DNA of 64,000 nucleotides from a virus: the IMG/VR virus record IMGVR_UViG_3300042307_001176, positions 64,001-128,000 of that record; one strand, 5' to 3'. Of this stretch, positions 57,933-64,000 are shown one piece after another; position 1 is the stretch's first letter; every line of letters begins with the position of its first letter. The notes under the pieces were generated by a model. That model saw nothing but the letters and a program-made list of their open reading frames with translations, was not told the origin of the DNA and ran no database searches. A program made the position numbers and the translations under genes.

Positions 57933-58505
57933 ATGGCAGGATTACCACATTATTCAAGTTCGAAAGCTTCGGTTAATAAATTCGAACCCGTTTTCCTTAA
58001 TCAGTTTGAGGTGACTATTTCACCTCCTGCTGGTGTTATATCAGTTCAAGGAAATCCTGGTAGCGGAAATATTCTTTTAGAGCAGGTGACCAATATTTCA
58101 GGTTTACAAGTGGATCAAAATGCTGGTGAGATCACTCAACAGTACAAATTTGCTAAAAGATACTATGCTGGAGCAGCTCCACAAAGAACTGGTTTAGATG
58201 TTTCAATATCATTCGAAGTTAACCTTGATGATGACAATTCAATGTATGTTTTTAAAATACTTCGTCAATGGTCTGATTTAATTTATAATCCTATTACAGG
58301 AGCAATGGGTCTTAAGAAAGATTACACAGGAAATATTTTAATTAATGTTTTTAATAAACAAGGGGATATTTTCAGAAAGATTAATCTTAAAGATTGTTTC
58401 CTTATGTCACCTATAACAGATATGGGATTAAACTATACTCAAGCATCTATTTATAAAATTGATGTACAATGGGCAGTAGATTATTTCGAAGACGTATTTA
58501 TATAA
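57933..58505 (+). CDS. tail tube protein (gp19-like) 1
   Basis: Follows the sheath; N.FEV, R.YAG, W, L..CF. Confidence 0.8.
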   Translation: MAGLPHYSSSKASVNKFEPVFLNQFEVTISPPAGVISVQGNPGSGNILLEQVTNISGLQVDQNAGEITQQYKFAKRYYAGAAPQRTGLDVSISFEVNLDDDNSMYVFKILRQWSDLIYNPITGAMGLKKDYTGNILINVFNKQGDIFRKINLKDCFLMSPITDMGLNYTQASIYKIDVQWAVDYFEDVFI

Positions 58506-58517
58506 ATATAAAAGAAA

Positions 58518-59096
58518 ATGGCAGGATTACCACATTTTAGCTCAGCAAAAGCAGCAGTTCAATTATACGAACCAGTATATCTTAATCAATTCGAGGTTAT
58601 TATTCAACCTCCTGTTGGTGTAACTCTTCCTCAAGGAAACGGCGGAAGGTCTTTATTGGTAGAAAATGTACTTTCTGTTTCTGGCTTATCAGTTGATAAA
58701 AACCCAGGTGTAATGGAACAAAGGTATAAATTCTCAAGAAGAAGATATGCAGGTGGTGCAGTTGATGATACTGGTGTAAAATTCAGAATTGAATTTGAAA
58801 CCAATTTGGATGATAACAACAGCAACTACGTATTTAAAACTATGCGTCAGTGGTCAGATTTAATCTATAATCCTTTAACAGGTGCTACTGGTATTAAATC
58901 TACATATGCTGGTGGAACTTATGTACTTGTATCAATATTCAATAAAGAAGGCGATGTATTTAGAAGAATTAAATTAGTAAATTGCTTTCCTACAGATCAA
59001 ATAAAAGCAATGGATTTAGATTATACTAACGGAACAACTCCGTACAAAATAGCACTTTCATTTAGAGCGGATTATTTCGAAGACGTTTTTAACTAA
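58518..59096 (+). CDS. tail tube protein (gp19-like) 2
   Basis: Tandem paralog of 57933 (MAGLPH..., RQWSDLIYNP, DYFEDVF). Confidence 0.8.
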   Translation: MAGLPHFSSAKAAVQLYEPVYLNQFEVIIQPPVGVTLPQGNGGRSLLVENVLSVSGLSVDKNPGVMEQRYKFSRRRYAGGAVDDTGVKFRIEFETNLDDNNSNYVFKTMRQWSDLIYNPLTGATGIKSTYAGGTYVLVSIFNKEGDVFRRIKLVNCFPTDQIKAMDLDYTNGTTPYKIALSFRADYFEDVFN

Positions 59097-59116
59097 AAAA
59101 AATCAAGGGAATATAT

Positions 59117-59146
59117 AAATGGAGACTCAACAAAGTCTCCATTTTT
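59117..59146 (+). terminator. intrinsic terminator
   Basis: aaatggagact/agtctccattt plus T run. Confidence 0.7.
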
Positions 59147-59438
59147 GTTTGATCTTATTTCTTACAAGAATGTCGATATTAAAATAATATGGACGACGAT
59201 TGTGACTCAGAAACAGAAAAGAAGACTTGCCTCAATCTGCTTAATCCTAGCAACATTTTTCAATCCTTTCGGATTCGATATCCTTTTTGCAGCTTTAATG
59301 AAATGGACACATTCCTATTGGCATACTGTCGCAATTTTTTATTTCCTTTCGGGATTGTTCTTTGGTCTTTACTTTTTTTTATCGTCTAATAGGAAACTAA
59401 AAGAAAAAAAAGAGTAAAAGAAATATAAGAAAAAAAAT

Positions 59439-60470
59439 ATGATTGACAATTTTGACGATGAGCTTCTAAATGAACTCAACCAAAAAGAAGCTAAATCTAA
59501 GTTCGAGTATGATGCTCAACAAAGGATTGAAGAACAAGATCCAGATGTAGAAAATGTAACAATTCCCGATTGGATACCAACAGAAGATAATATAACACCG
59601 AGAAATTTAGGAAAAGTTAACGTCAATAGAACTCCACTTGGAATGGAGGCGGAATGGAAAAATATACCAGCAGACACTTTACCCTCTAAAGGATTTGGCT
59701 ATCCTGATGGATTTGAAATTGCAATAAAATCAGCTAAGGTTACTGAAATTAGGCAATTCTCCACAGTAGACGATAGCGATAGATTAGATCTAGATGACAA
59801 ATTAAATACTATCATTGAAAAATGTATGAAAATACGTTGGAATGGTGGTATTCTTGAATCATACGATTTATGGTACGAAGATAGATTCTTTATTATTATG
59901 TCAATAAGAGATATGACTTTCTTAAAAGGAGAGAATAGAATCTTATTACCTATTACAAAAAACTGTACTAAAGAAGAATGTAACATTCCTGATATGATAG
60001 AATTAAAATCTAATCTATTAGATAGTTTTGTTGTTGATCAGGAGATATTAAAAAGATACAATAAAGATTCATATTCATTCAAATTTATACCTAAAGACGG
60101 AAGTGCAGAAATGGATTTGTATATTCCCACCATTGGTGTTACCACAGTATGTAGAAGAATTATAGCAGATAAAAGAAAGAAGGGTAAAAAATTCGACGAT
60201 AGCTTTGCAAAGGTTGCAACTTTTATAATTCCAGACTGGAGAGGTCTAGATGAAAGATTATATGATCAATATGAAAGAGCGTCGTTAGAATGGACTCCAT
60301 TACAATTCTCAATAGCAGATCAAATCAGTGAAAAAATTAATTTTGCAACAAAATCAAGAATTTATACAAAATGTGAAAGCTGTGATGGGGAGGTCACAGC
60401 AGAAATTTCCTTTCCCGGAGGATACAGATCCCTTTTCATTATTTCAAATATCCTTGAGCAACTATTTTGA
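59439..60470 (+). CDS. gp26-like baseplate hub / tail assembly protein
   Basis: LPS.G..Y, DR.FI...IR, C....C and C..C motifs. Confidence 0.65.
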   Translation: MIDNFDDELLNELNQKEAKSKFEYDAQQRIEEQDPDVENVTIPDWIPTEDNITPRNLGKVNVNRTPLGMEAEWKNIPADTLPSKGFGYPDGFEIAIKSAKVTEIRQFSTVDDSDRLDLDDKLNTIIEKCMKIRWNGGILESYDLWYEDRFFIIMSIRDMTFLKGENRILLPITKNCTKEECNIPDMIELKSNLLDSFVVDQEILKRYNKDSYSFKFIPKDGSAEMDLYIPTIGVTTVCRRIIADKRKKGKKFDDSFAKVATFIIPDWRGLDERLYDQYERASLEWTPLQFSIADQISEKINFATKSRIYTKCESCDGEVTAEISFPGGYRSLFIISNILEQLF

Positions 60471-60648
60471 TATTAAATTTAGACTTTGGGAAGAATTTAA
60501 ACTCTCAATAGATAATTTAGAATCTCTTCCATTTTATGAATATCAACTATATGTAGATAAGCTTAATGAAAAAATAGAACGAGAGAATAAGAAATCCGAA
60601 CAGGGAGATTTAGTAGAAGCATTTTCATTTTCAAAGCCAAAAAGTTAA
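60454..60648 (+). CDS. gp51-like small baseplate assembly protein, start uncertain
   Basis: SIDNLESLPFYEYQLYVDKL motif; TTG start or frameshift extension. Confidence 0.5.
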   Translation: MSNYFDIKFRLWEEFKLSIDNLESLPFYEYQLYVDKLNEKIERENKKSEQGDLVEAFSFSKPKS

Positions 60649-60685
60649 CTTTTTGGCTTTTTAGGTATATAAATAAAAATACATT

Positions 60686-62386
60686 TTGGCAGGAGAAACA
60701 GGAACACAAGGATCAGAATTTCCAATTTTTAAATCTGGAGAAGGTGCTTTCGATAGAGCTAAATATAAGCAAGAAGAAAGTGCAATGATAACCCCTACGG
60801 GGCAATTAACGGGAAAGGAAATAGACGAAGATTTAAAAAAGAAGAAGAAATCTGCAGATGAGGTTATAAAAGAAGCTAAAGCATTCTATAATGAATCGTT
60901 TGAAAAAAATCTAAAAGCTTTAGATCCTGCTTATGATCCTAAACTTATTTATTATTCAGAAGCTTACGATGAAAGCGGAACTGATAGAATGGATATTGGT
61001 GAAAAAATAGACAATGGAGAGGCATTAGACGGTAAGGAAATTTTTGAAATGTCCAAAGGATCTGCTCAAAATAAGATAGGAAATGCACAAAAGCTTAAAA
61101 CTGGTAGTGTAACTCAGATAGTAGAAAATTTAGGGCTTAGAAATATAAAAGAGTACGAAAAGTACGATACAATCAAAGGAGAATTTGATAGTAAAGTAAA
61201 AGATGATAAACTTAAATTTGATCCATTATTGGATAAATTTTTAGATATTCTATCATATTTTAATGGGGATGGTGGCCCAATGACTGTACAAAAATCTGCA
61301 ATTCTTTTTACACCAGAGAATAACGCTATAATATCTGCATTTGCTAAAATACTAGAAGCTGAAGGGTTTGCTAGTGAAAGCGTTGTAAACATGTCCAAAA
61401 GATATGATGATAATTTAGCTAAGCTTATAGATAAATCTAAAGGCGGATCCATAGAGTCAATGAAAATGACTAAAGAGGGAGATGTTGTACCAGCTACAGG
61501 ACCTACAGGAGCATCTACAGAAACTAAGTTAGTAGAAAAAACAAGTACTACAGAAGGCACAGGAGGAACTACAGGACCAGCAGTTTCATCAACAGAAACT
61601 AAATTAGAAGAAGCAAAAAACACTACAGGAACTACTGGTGGAACTACTGGACCAGCAGTTTCATCAGCAGAAACTAAATTAGAAGAGACAAAAAACATTA
61701 CGGGAGGTACAGGTACAGTAAACTCTGAACCAGCAAAAATAGATACTGTAAATAATAATAAAGAAAGTAAAGTTAATAATTTGCTTAAGGATTTATTTGG
61801 TATAGATTCAGGAGCTTCCAGTGGAACTGGAGGAACTGGAGGAACTGGAGGAACTGGAGATAGTAAAGCTAAGACTGAAACAGAAAAACTTACAGAAAAA
61901 AAAGCAGAAGATATTACAGGCGCTCCTAAAGGAGTAACGGGATCTACTGTGGGAACTGAAAAAAAAGAACCGGAGAAAAAAAATGAGGAGACTAAGTTAG
62001 AAAATAAAATAGATAATAAAAATGATAAAGTAAATGAAACTTTACCTGTTTCTACGGGTAAGATAGAAACAACAACACAAAATTTATCTAGTGTAAGCAC
62101 AATGGTAGAAAAGCCCAAAGAGCCAGAACCTAATACTGCTACCACTACTAATACCACTACTAGTAATACTAGTTCTGATAACGGAAGCTCTGGAAGTACC
62201 ACTACAGAAGTTCCTAAGAGCGAAACTACTAATAACGAAAAAAAAGTTGAAGGAAATAAAACAGAAGGAGAAGGAAATAAAGAAATGTTAGATACTATGA
62301 AAAATATGGTATCATTACTGACACAGCTTAATAGCACTATGCAAGGACCCTTAATTGTTACTCCAACTAATAAAAAGTTTCAATAG
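60686..62386 (+). CDS. low-complexity putative tail/structural protein
   Basis: GTG/TTG repeats and duplicated TGGTTGPAVSS.ETKLEE units; tail block. Confidence 0.55.
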   Translation: MAGETGTQGSEFPIFKSGEGAFDRAKYKQEESAMITPTGQLTGKEIDEDLKKKKKSADEVIKEAKAFYNESFEKNLKALDPAYDPKLIYYSEAYDESGTDRMDIGEKIDNGEALDGKEIFEMSKGSAQNKIGNAQKLKTGSVTQIVENLGLRNIKEYEKYDTIKGEFDSKVKDDKLKFDPLLDKFLDILSYFNGDGGPMTVQKSAILFTPENNAIISAFAKILEAEGFASESVVNMSKRYDDNLAKLIDKSKGGSIESMKMTKEGDVVPATGPTGASTETKLVEKTSTTEGTGGTTGPAVSSTETKLEEAKNTTGTTGGTTGPAVSSAETKLEETKNITGGTGTVNSEPAKIDTVNNNKESKVNNLLKDLFGIDSGASSGTGGTGGTGGTGDSKAKTETEKLTEKKAEDITGAPKGVTGSTVGTEKKEPEKKNEETKLENKIDNKNDKVNETLPVSTGKIETTTQNLSSVSTMVEKPKEPEPNTATTTNTTTSNTSSDNGSSGSTTTEVPKSETTNNEKKVEGNKTEGEGNKEMLDTMKNMVSLLTQLNSTMQGPLIVTPTNKKFQ

Positions 62387-62447
62387 GGGATTTACTTTAT
62401 AAAAAGTATTTTCTATATTTGTAAAATAAAACCTAAAATAAAAAAGT

Positions 62448-62720
62448 ATGAGTAAAAACTATGAGATTTCGAAAGAGCTTAAACAGGCATCGGCTCAATT
62501 CCTTAAGGAATATTCGAACTATGAAAAATGTCTGCAGAATTTAGAAAATGAAGAAAAAATTGGATTTACGGAAGATGAAGTTAATGAGATATTAAATCTC
62601 CTTGGTGCTTTTAGACTAAGAGACGTGTTTTCTATTGTAGAACGCTATAAAATCGAAGTCGTACCTTTAAAAGCACAAGCTGATGATCAATCAGAGCCTA
62701 CCGCTGCAGAAGCAGAATAA
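62448..62720 (+). CDS. hypothetical protein
   Basis: 90 aa behind TATATTTG (62414). Confidence 0.6.
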   Translation: MSKNYEISKELKQASAQFLKEYSNYEKCLQNLENEEKIGFTEDEVNEILNLLGAFRLRDVFSIVERYKIEVVPLKAQADDQSEPTAAEAE

Positions 62721-63120
62721 GATCGATTTATTGTACTTAAGAATGGCCAAAGTTTGGTCGGAAAATTCTCACTGTAAAAGAAGTCAGGTAGGATGTCTAA
62801 TAGTCAATAATCGTACAATTATATCTGATGGGTATAATGGAACTCCTTCAGGATTTCCTAATCAATGCGAGGATTGCGATAACAACACCATATCAACGGT
62901 TTTACATGCAGAAGCTAATGCTATAACGAAAATAGCTAAAAGTACAAATACGGCGGAAGGCGCTACATTATATGTAACCCTATCTCCTTGCTTCGATTGT
63001 GCTAAACTTATAATTCAGGCAGGAATTAAAAGAATAGTTTACTCGGAAGTTTATAGAAAGACAGATTCTTTTAAACTTTTTGAACAAGCAGGAATAGAAA
63101 TAAAAAGATTAGAAATTTAA
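62683..63120 (+). CDS. dCMP deaminase
   Basis: GYNGTP.G, HAEANAI, SPCFDC. Confidence 0.92.
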   Translation: MINQSLPLQKQNKIDLLYLRMAKVWSENSHCKRSQVGCLIVNNRTIISDGYNGTPSGFPNQCEDCDNNTISTVLHAEANAITKIAKSTNTAEGATLYVTLSPCFDCAKLIIQAGIKRIVYSEVYRKTDSFKLFEQAGIEIKRLEI

Positions 63121-63136
63121 AAAAATTGGAACTAAA

Positions 63137-63757
63137 ATGGCAGTAAAAAACATTCAAGAATTGGCAGAGAGCTTTATGAGAAGCTCATCAGAAAAAGATT
63201 TTGTAGAACTATACAAAAGAATAAAACCTGGATTATTAAATCATTGTAAATCTATTTTAATAGAACAGGAAGCTGCAGAAGATGCTGTTTCTAACACAAT
63301 GGCTAAGATCTGGACTAAGATCACTCAGTATGATTCAACTAGAGGTAATTTTTCTACATGGGTCTACAATATAGCTAGGAACGAATCTTTAGTTATTAAA
63401 AAATGTGAAGATAGGTATATGCCTATTATAAACGAGATGGTTAGAAATTCCGATGATTCTGACGATCATGTATTCAGATCAAGTTCAAATGTAGTTCAAG
63501 GTGACACCACTTGCGACTATATAACTACTGATAATGATGAGATGGAGGATCTTTATGATAATGTTATAGAGAAAATGAGTGACCTACCGGAAATTTATAA
63601 AGACATTCTTTATGATAGAGAAATTCTAAGAATGAAATATCAAGAGATAGCAGATAAACATGGAATGAAAAAAAGAGCTATAGCTACAAGAATTAGAAGA
63701 GCAAGATTAAAAGTCAGAGAAATGTTTCCTGGAGTTAATTTAACTTTTAATAATTAA
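63137..63757 (+). CDS. ECF-type sigma factor
   Basis: AEDAV...KIW...YD..RG.FSTWVY.IARN; LPE.Y...YQEIA...TRI.RAR. Confidence 0.88.
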   Translation: MAVKNIQELAESFMRSSSEKDFVELYKRIKPGLLNHCKSILIEQEAAEDAVSNTMAKIWTKITQYDSTRGNFSTWVYNIARNESLVIKKCEDRYMPIINEMVRNSDDSDDHVFRSSSNVVQGDTTCDYITTDNDEMEDLYDNVIEKMSDLPEIYKDILYDREILRMKYQEIADKHGMKKRAIATRIRRARLKVREMFPGVNLTFNN

Positions 63758-63800
63758 TGTAACTTTTCTTATAGTATAATCTAAAATTAAGAAAAAAGTT

Positions 63801-64000
63801 ATGAAATATCCATTTAAAAGAGTTATAATAGACATAGGTAATTATTTCTTTGTGAGAAGAACTATAAAGAATAATATGAGTTCTATAGAGTGGAATAAAT
63901 TTAAGCTTAGAGTAGATTGGATTGGAAGAATTTATACTGTTGTAAATCTTCCGCCAGAAGTAATATATTCTCCAGATACACCAGAAGAAATAAGACCTGC
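63801..64000 (+). CDS. hypothetical protein, truncated by the window end
   Basis: Open frame from the ATG at 63801 to the edge. Confidence 0.5.
   Translation, partial: MKYPFKRVIIDIGNYFFVRRTIKNNMSSIEWNKFKLRVDWIGRIYTVVNLPPEVIYSPDTPEEIRP

Noticed and set aside
61114-62337. 407-aa antisense ORF
   Set aside because: Shadow of the low-complexity Thr/Gly/Glu/Lys-rich gene on the plus strand; its Val/Ser/Phe-rich product is what antisense reading gives.

Overview
AT-rich segment of a very large T4-like (myovirus, jumbo-type) phage genome, read in the standard code. The host is probably Bacteroidota, inferred from TAnnTTTG promoters and the absence of Shine-Dalgarno sites. The right part (42-64 kb) is T4-like core: UvsX, gp41 helicase, gp47/gp46, gp15- and gp14-like proteins, terminase, tail sheath, two tail-tube paralogs, baseplate hub, dCMP deaminase and an ECF sigma factor. 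The left and middle parts are accessory: a sigma70, RNA ligase, phosphoesterases, ThyA plus a ThyA-like dCMP-type modifier, GMP reductase, glycosyltransferases, lysozyme-fold proteins and about 13 proteins sharing a capsid-targeting-like N-terminal peptide. There are 25 tRNA genes covering all 20 amino acids in three operons. Main discovery: each tRNA operon is preceded by an apparent ribosome-controlled transcription attenuator (short leader ORF, antiterminator, intrinsic terminator, boxA). The leader codons match the tRNA content of the operon downstream; the first 30 codons of the third leader use exactly the 16 amino acids of its 16 tRNAs. Second discovery: a Ro60/TROVE gene is preceded by three copies of a covarying structured RNA (Y-RNA-like), with a fourth copy inside a tRNA operon. 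Together with the RNA-repair enzymes this suggests a sense/resupply/repair system for the tRNA pool. All product calls come from motif recognition by eye; no searches were run.
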